In this document: positions 16,935-26,602 of the stretch, piece after piece
Layout of the letters: every line of letters begins with the position of its first letter
How positions within the stretch are numbered: the stretch's first letter is position 1
Assembly (NCBI GenBank): GCA_002491825.1
Contig: DKWR01000024.1
Span: 1-57,044, forward strand
Direction of reading: 5' to 3'
Length of the DNA stretch: 57,044 nucleotides
From: Ruminococcaceae bacterium UBA7147
Lineage (GTDB): Bacteria > Bacillota > Clostridia > Oscillospirales > Acutalibacteraceae
Program-made: the position numbers and the translations under genes
Notes under the pieces: model-generated
Seen by the model: only the letters and a program-made list of their open reading frames with translations
The model's database searches: none
Told to the model about the DNA's origin: nothing

Positions 16935-19229
16935 TCAGCCTATACCAAAGGAAGGTCTTACGCCGCAATTGAATTTGAAGCCTTTTTTGTTGTATTCGCC
17001 GTCACGCTGATAGTCAGCGTAGAAGAATATTTCTGCTTCGTCTACTCGTCTGTATAAGAGTCCCCAGTAGCAGGAGCCTGCCGCATGGTGATACTGCAAA
17101 AAGTTGTCTAAAAAGTTTTGCTTATTTACATTGTTCAAATCTCTTGAGCCGCCTGAAACGGATGCATATGACTTATAGATATAGCCTGTTGTGCCGTTTG
17201 ACAGCTTGATTTTGTACCAGTCAGAATTATAAACCTTGCCGTCAACAAATGTAAACTTTGTGTTTTGTGACATACAGGTCAGAACCGAATAGTTTGTTCC
17301 TGCACCACTGCGAAGGTTCACTTCTGAAGCATTTACATATCCTCTTGCACCTGCCTTGATTGTTGAACTGCCCGAACCTGTGTTGAGCAGAACAGACTGT
17401 AAATCGGAATCATTGTAGATTGCGCTTGCACCTACGTTATATGTAAAGCAGACAAGTGAATCGAATTGCTGTTGATTGAACTTAATTCCGTTATTAATGA
17501 GGAATGAATTTGTTTTTTTTGTGTAACCGCCCTTGTTGACAGTCTGGCAAAGGTACGCATATGCTTCGTTCTTGGTGAGGTTATTGTAGAACTGTTCATT
17601 TGTAAGAACTACCTTGCCGTAGCCGAGCGTCGGATCGGATGTTATACTGTCGGCAGTAACGCAGGTTAAGAAACCTTCGTAGTTTGCAATAAGGTTGATT
17701 ACTTCGTCACTTGCACGTCTTTCGGCACAGACAGTTGTGGTCTTGTCGGTTGAAGAAGTTACAAATACCTCTCCCTCGCCGTTTCCGGGAGTTGTAAGAT
17801 ATGCAGTTGAGGTTTTATATTTTGCATAAGCCTTGACGGTCCATTTTCCTGATTTGCTGAGCTGTTTTGAACCGGACCATATGTAGTTATCGCCGTCTTT
17901 GACCTTGCTTGTGGCATTTACAGTATAAGACGTACTGCCGTTTGATACAACAAAACGAACTGCAACTCTGTCTGTATCGGTAATTGCCTTGAATGTTACA
18001 GTTGAATTTTTAGGTGCAGAGTTAGGTGATGCGTATACAAATCTGATATTATCTCTGCCGATTACATTTATAAGGCAGGTTGCCGCACCACTTGATGTGT
18101 AGGCGGTAATTGTTACGTATCCGTTTGATTTTGTATCTACAATTCCGTTGTTTACAGTAGCAATTGCAGTGTTTGATGATTTCCACTTTACAGAGCCTGT
18201 AGTAGATTTCAGCAGTACGGATTTTCCTCTGCGCATATTGCTGATTGAAGTTGTAGAAATATTCACTGTACTGCCCGACTTAACGGTAATTTTGCAAGTT
18301 GCGGATTTTGTGCCTGACGTAGCTTTAATATCGGCAGAACCTCTTTTCTTTGCCGAAACAACACCGTGTGAGTCAACGGTTGCAACAGAAGTGTTTGAAC
18401 TTGTCCACTTAACAGAGCTTGCTCCCGTTGCAGTTATTGCAAATTTGTTTCCGACGTAAATCGTTTCGCTCGTTGAGGAAAGCTTGATTGAGCCTGACGG
18501 AGTTGTGGGAGCAGTCGGTGCTGTCGGCGTTGACGGATTGGAAGAGGAGCTGTTTTTAGTTGCATAGGGTTTGCAAATATAGCCCTTTTTACCGTCCGAA
18601 AGCTGAATATTATACCAATTTGAATTATAAAGCGTTGTTCTTATAAACGTAAACTGTGTATTCTTACGCATACAGGTTACTACAGAATAGTTCGTTCCTG
18701 CTCCGCTGCGAAGATTTACATAATCGTCGTTTACATAACCCGTTACTTTCTCTGTTGAAGGAGTATCGGTTGATGTCTGCGAAAGAGTAGCAAAATCCTG
18801 TCGTATATAGCCTGTTTTTGAATTTGAGGTAAGCTTGATTTTATACCATTGTGAATTATATAGTTTGCCGTCTACATATGTAAACTTTGTATTTTTTCGC
18901 ATACAGGTTACTACAGAATAATTTGTGCCTGCGCCGCTTCGAAGATTTACATAATCATCATTTACATATCCACTTGCTCCCTTTGACGGAGAAGAATAGG
19001 CTGTCTTTAAAAGATTTGTACTGACTGTAGCTACAAAATCACTTTTTAGTGTTTCGGGTGATTGAGTAGCTGTTTCGGAGCTTTCATCAATCTGTGCTGT
19101 TGCGACATCTTCAAGAGATTCTGAAACTGCACCAGCCGAAAGCGAGCTGACAGCAACCAAGAAAACCGAGCCTAAAATTGCAACTGCAAGCGCAATACAG
19201 ACAACTCTGACTAATACTTTTTGTTTCAT
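16935..19229 (-). CDS. Secreted cell-wall hydrolase: 2x SH3b, 2x Big_2, GH24 lysozyme domain containing a third SH3b
   Basis: Three VNLRSGAGTNYSV repeats; WTSSNTSVATV Big_2 motif; YEG..D..TLGYG, QQQFDSLV.F.YNVG and GL..RR..E lysozyme motifs. Confidence 0.85.
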   Translation of the reverse strand: MKQKVLVRVVCIALAVAILGSVFLVAVSSLSAGAVSESLEDVATAQIDESSETATQSPETLKSDFVATVSTNLLKTAYSSPSKGASGYVNDDYVNLRSGAGTNYSVVTCMRKNTKFTYVDGKLYNSQWYKIKLTSNSKTGYIRQDFATLSQTSTDTPSTEKVTGYVNDDYVNLRSGAGTNYSVVTCMRKNTQFTFIRTTLYNSNWYNIQLSDGKKGYICKPYATKNSSSSNPSTPTAPTAPTTPSGSIKLSSTSETIYVGNKFAITATGASSVKWTSSNTSVATVDSHGVVSAKKRGSADIKATSGTKSATCKITVKSGSTVNISTTSISNMRRGKSVLLKSTTGSVKWKSSNTAIATVNNGIVDTKSNGYVTITAYTSSGAATCLINVIGRDNIRFVYASPNSAPKNSTVTFKAITDTDRVAVRFVVSNGSTSYTVNATSKVKDGDNYIWSGSKQLSKSGKWTVKAYAKYKTSTAYLTTPGNGEGEVFVTSSTDKTTTVCAERRASDEVINLIANYEGFLTCVTADSITSDPTLGYGKVVLTNEQFYNNLTKNEAYAYLCQTVNKGGYTKKTNSFLINNGIKFNQQQFDSLVCFTYNVGASAIYNDSDLQSVLLNTGSGSSTIKAGARGYVNASEVNLRSGAGTNYSVLTCMSQNTKFTFVDGKVYNSDWYKIKLSNGTTGYIYKSYASVSGGSRDLNNVNKQNFLDNFLQYHHAAGSCYWGLLYRRVDEAEIFFYADYQRDGEYNKKGFKFNCGVRPSFGIG

Positions 19230-19347
19230 AAATACCACCTTTGTTCCTTTTCAAAACTTAATATAGTGTACTGCGAGAATAATTGTTCGTATTTTCTTTT
19301 ATCTATATTATTATAACATAAAAATTCTTTTTTCGCAAATTAAATAT

Positions 19348-19896
19348 TTATTTTCTTCCAAAAAATTTACTTCTTAATCTGACAACGTACTGACCGACAA
19401 ATACCGTAACAGCAAAGTCATATATAAGGAAAAACACATTTCCGAATGCCAGAAAAGCAAGCGGCATATACACACCGAAAAGCGTATATTCTTCGGGAGA
19501 AATCGAAAGCAGAAAAGCAGCCGCAAAAAAAGAAGCGATTGCCGCAGTGTTAAAAACTGCAAATTTTATAACATACAAAATGATTTTATTTTTAATATGC
19601 TTTTCAAATACTGCCTTAAGAATCGGGTAATAACCGAAAAGTGCGATAAAATAGAGAACAGACTCCTTGTCACCGGCAAGAAACAGCGACAAAACCGTAA
19701 CTACGGCATATACGCCGAGTCCCCATTTCCAGCCGTACTCTATAACTACGGCCGCAATAAATATTCCTGCGAAACATGGAAATGCATATGTTCCGACAGG
19801 AACAAGAGAAGTAAGAAGCATCAACACAAGTCCCAGAGCCGCTATGATACCGCAAAAGGCTACTCTGAAAGTTGAGTTTTTTACACCGTTTTTCAT
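19348..19896 (-). CDS. Conserved integral membrane protein
   Basis: About 6 TM segments, GYYPILK motif; abuts the DnaJ gene. Confidence 0.75.
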   Translation of the reverse strand: MKNGVKNSTFRVAFCGIIAALGLVLMLLTSLVPVGTYAFPCFAGIFIAAVVIEYGWKWGLGVYAVVTVLSLFLAGDKESVLYFIALFGYYPILKAVFEKHIKNKIILYVIKFAVFNTAAIASFFAAAFLLSISPEEYTLFGVYMPLAFLAFGNVFFLIYDFAVTVFVGQYVVRLRSKFFGRK

Positions 19897-19897
19897 A

Positions 19898-20506
19898 TCA
19901 GCAACCTGCTCTGCAGCAATCGCACATACAGTCTGCGCACATCATTGCCGCACAAACATCACAACAGGAACAGCCTGCGCCTGTGTTTTGCATATTCGGC
20001 TGATTGTAGCCGCCGTAATTATATGCACGCTGATTTTGCATATTATTGAGTGCCGCTCGGTACTCCTGATTATTCGGGTCCATATTACAGGCTGTAGTAA
20101 AGTTATTGAAAGCCTGCTCGCTCCAGCCACGTCTGTAGGCACACATTCCTTTGAGATAGTACCACTCGGCTGTACGATTGCCCATAGGAGTAGAGTCGAG
20201 TATCTGTTCAGCCTGGTCAATCATATTGCGCTGAATGTAAATTCTTACGTTGTAAAACTGCGAATTTGCAGAGCTTGAATAAGATGAAGAGCCTGTTGAG
20301 CCTGTACCCTTACCCTTCTGACGCATCTGATTTATTGCGTCGTAAGCCTCGTTAATCTCTTTCATCTTCTGTTCGGCTACGTCTGCAAGAGGACTGTCAG
20401 CGTAGTTATCGGGATGATACTTTTTAGCAAGCTTTCTGTAAGCCGCTTTGATTTCCTCATCGGTAGCTGTTTCGGAAACTCCGAGAACCTCGTATGGATT
20501 ATTCAT
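19898..20506 (-). CDS. J-domain protein with TPR and Cys-rich C-terminal tail
   Basis: PYEVLGV..KKYHPD..KEINEAY; [17 protein letters not shown]; tail [25 protein letters not shown]. Confidence 0.9.
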   Translation of the reverse strand: MNNPYEVLGVSETATDEEIKAAYRKLAKKYHPDNYADSPLADVAEQKMKEINEAYDAINQMRQKGKGTGSTGSSSYSSSANSQFYNVRIYIQRNMIDQAEQILDSTPMGNRTAEWYYLKGMCAYRRGWSEQAFNNFTTACNMDPNNQEYRAALNNMQNQRAYNYGGYNQPNMQNTGAGCSCCDVCAAMMCADCMCDCCRAGC

Positions 20507-21353
20507 TATTACCTCCGACTATATTGCCTGTTACTTTGTTTTGAACAGAGGGCAAACCGAGCAAAAGCATATTGTCAAGAATCCCTCTGAAATCCTTTAT
20601 GTCAATTAAATTATAAGCGTCATACGCTCTTGCAAGCGATTGATTGAGCGCAGATACAATACGTTCTTTTGTGTATTCTTCTTTTAAGGAATTAAACGGA
20701 TTGAAATTGTGTTTCTTTTTATCCTTTTGAATATCATCGGCGGCGTCAACCAAATATATCCACCTGCCGAGATGATAGCCAAATTCATAAAAAACACGTC
20801 TGTCTGTGTCGTTTTCAGCCTCAAGTGCAAAAACATTTGCAAGCATATGTCCTGTCGGGTGAGCCGCCATATCAACCGAACAGTTTGTATCAGCCTCTGC
20901 TTCCGATTGCATTGAAGTCATTTCGGAAATATATTTGTCTATTTCGGGATATTTTTTTGCGGCTTTCTTTTGCCAATGCGAAAAAAACAAAAGCAGTAAT
21001 CTTGTTAAAATTCTTCTGAAAAAGCCTTCGTCTGCCAAATCGTCCTTCAGCTTATAGAAAACAGAAATGACGGAAAAGGCTGACGCTTTGCTGTAGCAAT
21101 CACTTTCGCACAAGGCGAATTTGCACTTTTTCAGCGGATTAAAGGTACACCTTCCGTCCTTAAAGCCCTTGCAGCTTCTTGAAACGGACATAAGAAGCAT
21201 TGCGTAAAATGTGCAGTCATAGCTTAAACTTAAACGGGTTAGGAATGAATAATCCTTTCCCATTTGTTTGCACAAACCGCAATATACGGATTTATATACC
21301 TCGAACTCCCGTACAAGCAGTTCGCTTTTCTGAATTTGCAAATATCCAAACAC
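20499..21353 (-). CDS. DUF5685-family protein
   Basis: [18 protein letters not shown] and GRWIYL.DA.DD..KD..NFNPF motifs; GTG start at 21353 with AAGGAG RBS. Confidence 0.75.
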   Translation of the reverse strand: MFGYLQIQKSELLVREFEVYKSVYCGLCKQMGKDYSFLTRLSLSYDCTFYAMLLMSVSRSCKGFKDGRCTFNPLKKCKFALCESDCYSKASAFSVISVFYKLKDDLADEGFFRRILTRLLLLFFSHWQKKAAKKYPEIDKYISEMTSMQSEAEADTNCSVDMAAHPTGHMLANVFALEAENDTDRRVFYEFGYHLGRWIYLVDAADDIQKDKKKHNFNPFNSLKEEYTKERIVSALNQSLARAYDAYNLIDIKDFRGILDNMLLLGLPSVQNKVTGNIVGGNNE

Positions 21354-21486
21354 AATTTGCTCCTTATTGTAAACCATAGTAATATATACTCATAATATAT
21401 CATACTACATAATGGCTGAAATTGCAATAAAAATGTAAAACTTGAAAATTTCACATTTTATATTTTAATTGAAGAGTTAAACAAAA

Positions 21487-21522
21487 TATAAAAGGAGCAG
21501 ACTTTTAAATCGGTCTGCTCCT
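21487..21522 (-). terminator. Rho-independent terminator
   Basis: aggagcagac/gtctgctcct stem followed by a U-run on the minus strand. Confidence 0.8.
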
Positions 21523-21555
21523 CAAATTATTATATTTTATCCAACCGGTCTGATT

Positions 21556-22866
21556 TTACTGTACGGCTATTTTCTGAATTGCTGTAACATCCTTTATGTT
21601 TACTTCGCCGTCACCGTTTACGTCTGCAAGGGTATTCTGATTATCGGTAAGCTCTGTAATTTCAGAGAGTGACTTCTGAAGCTCTGTGGCGTCGGTTACG
21701 GAGATTTTTCCGTCACCGCAGACATCACCGATTAAATCAATTCTGTAGCTTGCGTTCTGCTTTGAAATGTAATCAAAATTCGTAAGGTCAAAGGTAATCA
21801 GCACGCTTGCATTATCATACGGTACGCTGAAATAACCTCTCTGGAAACAAGCCCCATAATCACTAAAAATTGAATATGCCGGAGTTTCTGTTCCAAAATC
21901 ATAATTGCTGTCATAATTAGCACCGTACCACATATCGTTATAGTTTTCCTGAACATTATAAAACTGGAAACCATAATTCTTATCGGTTGTCAGCTTATCG
22001 GCACGATAAGTAAAAACATAATCGTTTGTCTGCGTCATTTTATTGCTTTCTGTGGGATCATAATCAGTGAAACCACCTACAAGGTGTATTTCTCCGATTT
22101 CTGGTTTTGTTTTCATTACAACACCGTCACCCTCTGCCCATATTTGGGCGTCCTCGCTATATGCATATCCTAAAAAATACACAGTAACATCACAGGGTTT
22201 TGTCACATCAATTGCGCAGTAATTATATCCCGTAAATCCTACAATGTGTTCAGCTACCTCCGCTGAAATATTTATAAGAATATTTTTTTGCGGCTGTACA
22301 TCCCTAAACGTTACGGAATAAATACCGTTTCCATCTTCAGTCATTTCGTTTTCTAAAGGATACGGATTGGTTTCTGTATCAATACCAAAAGTATCACAAT
22401 TCATACTATAGGCATATAATCTGTATGTATCATCTTTGATTTCCCTTACACCGTCACCGAGAACCTTTATTTCGTATGTTTCGGGATTAAAGGTAATAGT
22501 AACGTCACAGGCTTTTGCTACTCTGAATTCGGAATAAATATCAAAATTACCGGGATAATGGGGACCGTTACCGTATTCTCTGGTTGTACCGTCAGGTTTA
22601 TGCTCTACAATCGAAAATTTAATACCTGTCTGCACCTGAACGTCCTTCAGTTCATATACATAGACATCACCCGACTTTTGCATTGTGTTATCCTTGGTGA
22701 TGTATTTGTACCAGATAAGACCGAAAAGTTCTTCATTATTGCCCGCAATGGTATAAACACTTTCTTCGGTTGTTTCTTCAGCATAGGCGCTGAATGAAGT
22801 GATTGAAGCAAGACAGGAAAACACCATTGCTATAGATAAAAAAATTGACAATGCTCTTATTTTCAT
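21556..22866 (-). CDS. Secreted dockerin protein with three tandem X25-like beta modules
   Basis: Signal peptide ending AYA; repeats N.M..Y...DVQ..CDVT..F..GDGV; dockerin GDVCGDG..DATELQK / DVNGDG..DVTAIQK. Confidence 0.8.
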   Translation of the reverse strand: MKIRALSIFLSIAMVFSCLASITSFSAYAEETTEESVYTIAGNNEELFGLIWYKYITKDNTMQKSGDVYVYELKDVQVQTGIKFSIVEHKPDGTTREYGNGPHYPGNFDIYSEFRVAKACDVTITFNPETYEIKVLGDGVREIKDDTYRLYAYSMNCDTFGIDTETNPYPLENEMTEDGNGIYSVTFRDVQPQKNILINISAEVAEHIVGFTGYNYCAIDVTKPCDVTVYFLGYAYSEDAQIWAEGDGVVMKTKPEIGEIHLVGGFTDYDPTESNKMTQTNDYVFTYRADKLTTDKNYGFQFYNVQENYNDMWYGANYDSNYDFGTETPAYSIFSDYGACFQRGYFSVPYDNASVLITFDLTNFDYISKQNASYRIDLIGDVCGDGKISVTDATELQKSLSEITELTDNQNTLADVNGDGEVNIKDVTAIQKIAVQ

Positions 22867-23033
22867 AATTATTCCTCCGTTTATTGTCGAAATTTTCTTT
22901 TTACATATAATATTATACAATGCATATCAAAATATAACAATAACCAAAGTGTACAAATCTTGTATATTTCTTTTGTCCAAAGTAGATAAATAATTTTCTG
23001 AATTGTTAATAATCAACAAAGCAGTTTTTCTTT

Positions 23034-23249
23034 TTAGTCAAAAAGTGAATCCATAAGGCTTTTTATTTTCTGACGGCGCTTTTCGGTTTCTTCTTTGTCA
23101 AGAAAATAACTGTTTTCTTCAAAGCACAGAACGTCGCCCTCTTTTATATTTTTTGGAAGTGATTTCAATTCAAGCGTTACGCAATCACCGTTTTCACATT
23201 CAAGAACGGCTTTATCCTCTTCTATTCTGTCTACTGTAAATCTTTTCAT
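23034..23249 (-). CDS. DUF3006-family protein
   Basis: VDRIEE..AVLE, LP...KEGDVL and EET..RR motifs; usual neighbour of the ComEC-like MBL gene. Confidence 0.85.
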   Translation of the reverse strand: MKRFTVDRIEEDKAVLECENGDCVTLELKSLPKNIKEGDVLCFEENSYFLDKEETEKRRQKIKSLMDSLFD

Positions 23250-23252
23250 ATT

Positions 23253-24158
23253 TTAACCTGCTTTCTTTATTGACTGTTCTCCGCTTTTTACCGATATTAT
23301 TTTTCCGTCGGAGGAGAATACTACTGTTTTGTCTTTATCGGTTCTGTAAACCTCACAGTTGAATTTCTCAAGCAACTTGAGTGTTTCTTTGTGAGGATGA
23401 CCGTAGTCATTGCCCTTACCGACAGAAATTACCGCATAAGTCGGATTTACCGCTTTGAGAAATTCTTCGGTTGTTGAGGTATTGCTTCCGTGATGCCCGA
23501 CCTTCAGAACATCTGCGCTGATGTCGTCGGTAATAGTTTCAAGCTCCTTTTTCTCTGCATCTCCCGTAAAAAGGAATGTGTTGTCTTTATAGCTAAGCTT
23601 TATGACAGCCGAGCTGTTATTAAGATTATCTTCATCAATTATTACAGGTGCAACAACGTTGATTGTGTAGTCGCTTCCCTCGGCAATCGTAAGCCCTGCC
23701 TTTGCAGAAGTTACTTTCAATCCTTTCTTGGAAATTGATTCAAGAAGATTTTCGTAGGTCTTTGTATTTGCCGCTGCCTTTGGCATACAGACAGAGCCTA
23801 TATCCATATTCCTTACGATATAACCCATTGAGCCGATATGGTCAGCGTGAGGGTGAGTTGCAACGAGATAATCAATTTTTGAGTATCCGCAGTCGCCTAT
23901 GTAATTTTTTATTCCCTCTCCGTGATAGTTTTCGCCTGCGTCTATTAGCATTGTTTTTTCGTCGGGAAGCTCGATAAAAATTGAATCTCCCTGCCCTACG
24001 TCAAGGAAATGTACATTGAGTGCATTTTTAGTTGCAGTTTTTTCAGGCTCATCAGGTTTGAAATTAACATCAAAAGAGCAGGAACAAAGAATCGCTAATG
24101 AAATTAATAACGAAATTACGGCTAAAATACGAATTTTAATACTATGATTTTGTTTCAT
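23253..24158 (-). CDS. ComEC/Rec2-like metallo-beta-lactamase-fold lipoprotein
   Basis: LDVGQGDS, THPHADHIG, TGDAE, KVGHHGS and YGHPH motifs; lipobox-like LCSC. Confidence 0.9.
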   Translation of the reverse strand: MKQNHSIKIRILAVISLLISLAILCSCSFDVNFKPDEPEKTATKNALNVHFLDVGQGDSIFIELPDEKTMLIDAGENYHGEGIKNYIGDCGYSKIDYLVATHPHADHIGSMGYIVRNMDIGSVCMPKAAANTKTYENLLESISKKGLKVTSAKAGLTIAEGSDYTINVVAPVIIDEDNLNNSSAVIKLSYKDNTFLFTGDAEKKELETITDDISADVLKVGHHGSNTSTTEEFLKAVNPTYAVISVGKGNDYGHPHKETLKLLEKFNCEVYRTDKDKTVVFSSDGKIISVKSGEQSIKKAG

Positions 24159-24264
24159 AACTTAACTCCATTCAGAATATTGTATTTACATTTTACCACA
24201 TCAGACTGAATTTTTAAAGTATGTTTTGTAATATGAAACTTGTGTGAAAACTTCTTACTTCCGC

Positions 24265-24322
24265 TTGACTTAAAAACTCGGAATGGTATAATATACTATA
24301 AGATAGTTTTATATCAAACTGT
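24265..24322 (+). promoter_or_regulatory. SigmaA promoter plus palindromic putative MarR operator
   Basis: TTGACT-N16-TATAAT with extended TGn (24265-24292); palindrome AGTTTtATATcAAACT at 24305-24320. Confidence 0.65.
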
Positions 24323-24350
24323 TTTATTTAAAACAAACGGAGGTGATTCT

Positions 24351-24800
24351 ATGCAAGGCAATTCGATTGCCGAATCTATCGGTCACGAAATTAAAGCGAT
24401 TGACCATCTTATGCAAAGAAAGATGATTATGACTGCTTCAAAGTCGGGACTTGACAAGGTTACCGTTATGCACGGCTGGATTATAGGTTATCTTATTCTG
24501 AATCTTGACAGGGACATATACCAGAAGGATATTGAAAGCGAGTTTGCTATTTCACGCTCAACCGTTACAAATATTCTTAAGCTTATGGAGAAAAAGGGAT
24601 ATATTACAAGAGAGTCTGTAGAAAGTGACGCAAGGCTGAAAAAAATTACTCTGACTGATAAAGGTGTACAAACGGCAGTAATTCTTAAAAAGGCTGTTGA
24701 AGAAAACGAGAAAAGCTTTGACAGACTTCTTGATAACGATGAAAAAGATACCTTTTTGCGCCTTGTGAAAAAGCTGAGATACGGTCTTGAAAACAACTGA
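24351..24800 (+). CDS. MarR-family transcriptional regulator
   Basis: QKDIE..F.ISRSTVT.IL..MEKKGYI.R...DARLKKI.LT motif; GGAGG RBS. Confidence 0.93.
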   Translation: MQGNSIAESIGHEIKAIDHLMQRKMIMTASKSGLDKVTVMHGWIIGYLILNLDRDIYQKDIESEFAISRSTVTNILKLMEKKGYITRESVESDARLKKITLTDKGVQTAVILKKAVEENEKSFDRLLDNDEKDTFLRLVKKLRYGLENN

Positions 24801-24852
24801 CTTTATATCATATAAATTTATGTCATATAAAAGGAAGGAGTATGTATATTAT

Positions 24853-26601
24853 ATGATAAAAACTCTGACAAAACACATTAAGGGCTTTGTTAAAGAGTCT
24901 GTTATGACGCCTTTATTTATGATTCTTGAGGTCGTAGCGGAAATGCTTATTCCGCTTATTATGTCTTCTATGATTGACGAAGGAATCAACGAAGGCAATA
25001 TGCAACACATAATTACAACAGGTCTTTTGATGGGTGCCTGTGCGCTTATCGGACTGTTCGGAGGAATTATGGGCGGCATTTACGGTGCAAAAGCGTCGGC
25101 AGGCTTTGCAAGAAATCTGCGTATGGCTATGTTTGAGAATATACAGTCATATTCATTTGCAAACATTGACAAATTCTCAACCGCAGGTCTTGTCACACGT
25201 CTTACCACCGATGTAACAAACATTCAGAACGCTTATCAGATGATACTCAGAATGTGCTTCAGAGCGCCTTTCAGCCTGATTATTGCTATGACAATGACAT
25301 TTATTATCAACGCAAAGCTCGCTTGTATCTATCTTATTGCAATCGTATTTCTCGGGGTTGTGCTTGGATTCCTGCTTAAGGTTACTTATAAATATTTCAG
25401 TCAGGTGTTTGAAAAGTACGATGAACTCAACGCAAGCATTCAGGAAAATGTATCGGCAATCAGAGTTGTAAAATCCTTTGTAAGAGAAGACCACGAGGTA
25501 AAGAAATTCAACAGAGCCACAAATAATCTTTACAGGCTTTTTGTAAAGGCTGAAAACGCTATGGTATCTGTTTCACCGCTTATGATGATAACTGTTTATG
25601 GTTGTATCATAGCAATAAGCTGGTTCGGCGCTAATATGATTGTCGGCAGTGAGATGACTACAGGCGAGCTTACAAGTATGCTTACATACTGTATGAACAT
25701 TCTTATGAGCCTGCTTATGGTTGCAATGGTGTTTGTTATGATTACTATGAGCCTTGCAAGCGCAAGACGTATTACCGAGGTTTTAAACGAAGAATCAACG
25801 CTTAAGAATCCCGAAAATCCCGATTACAATGTTGAAAACGGAAGTATTGAGTTTGAAAATGTTTCTTTCAGCTACAACACATCAAGTGAAAAGCCGATAC
25901 TTAATAACATCAACGTATCTATCAAGTCGGGTGAAACAGTCGGTATTATCGGAGGAACGGGCAGTTCAAAGACGAGCCTTGTAAACCTTATCGGCAGACT
26001 TTACGATGTTACAGACGGAGTTGTCAAGGTAGGCGGCAAGGATGTTCGCTCATACGACCTTGAAACACTGCGTGACGAGGTATCGGTTGTGTTGCAGTCA
26101 AACGTGCTTTTCAGCGGAACTATTCTTGACAATCTGCGCTGGGGCAACGAAAACGCAACCGAGGAAGAATGTATCAACGCCTGCAAGCTTGCCTGCGCCG
26201 ACGACTTTATTCAGTCCTTCCCCGACAAGTATAACACCCATATCGAACAGGGTGGTACTAATGTTTCGGGCGGACAGAAGCAAAGGCTCTGCATTGCAAG
26301 AGCTTTGCTTAAAAAGCCTAAAATACTTATTCTTGACGACTCGACAAGTGCCGTTGATACTGCAACCGACGCAAGAATCAGAAAGGCTTTCCGTGACGAA
26401 ATTCCCGACACGACTAAAATTATTATTTCTCAAAGAATTTCAAGCGTTGAAAATGCAGACAAAATCATCGTTATGGACGACGGCGAAATAAGCGCTGTAG
26501 GAACGCACGAGGAGCTTGTAAATTCAAGTCCGATTTACAGCGAAATCTACTCCGCACAAACAGGCGGAAGCGGCGACTTTGACAAGAAAGGAGAGCTGTA
26601 A
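24853..26601 (+). CDS. Multidrug-type ABC exporter, TMD-NBD half with degenerate site
   Basis: GGTGSSKT, VSGGQKQR, ILDDSTS and ISQR motifs. Confidence 0.93.
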   Translation: MIKTLTKHIKGFVKESVMTPLFMILEVVAEMLIPLIMSSMIDEGINEGNMQHIITTGLLMGACALIGLFGGIMGGIYGAKASAGFARNLRMAMFENIQSYSFANIDKFSTAGLVTRLTTDVTNIQNAYQMILRMCFRAPFSLIIAMTMTFIINAKLACIYLIAIVFLGVVLGFLLKVTYKYFSQVFEKYDELNASIQENVSAIRVVKSFVREDHEVKKFNRATNNLYRLFVKAENAMVSVSPLMMITVYGCIIAISWFGANMIVGSEMTTGELTSMLTYCMNILMSLLMVAMVFVMITMSLASARRITEVLNEESTLKNPENPDYNVENGSIEFENVSFSYNTSSEKPILNNINVSIKSGETVGIIGGTGSSKTSLVNLIGRLYDVTDGVVKVGGKDVRSYDLETLRDEVSVVLQSNVLFSGTILDNLRWGNENATEEECINACKLACADDFIQSFPDKYNTHIEQGGTNVSGGQKQRLCIARALLKKPKILILDDSTSAVDTATDARIRKAFRDEIPDTTKIIISQRISSVENADKIIVMDDGEISAVGTHEELVNSSPIYSEIYSAQTGGSGDFDKKGEL

Positions 26602-26602
26602 T

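Noticed and set aside
16935-19229. Prophage remnant suggested by the GH24 lysozyme
   Set aside because: The protein has a signal or anchor sequence and host-type domains, with no holin, integrase or structural genes nearby
23253-24158. Beta-lactamase or full competence channel ComEC
   Set aside because: Only the MBL domain with a lipoprotein-type signal is present, with no competence TM domain; the MBL-DUF3006 pair is common
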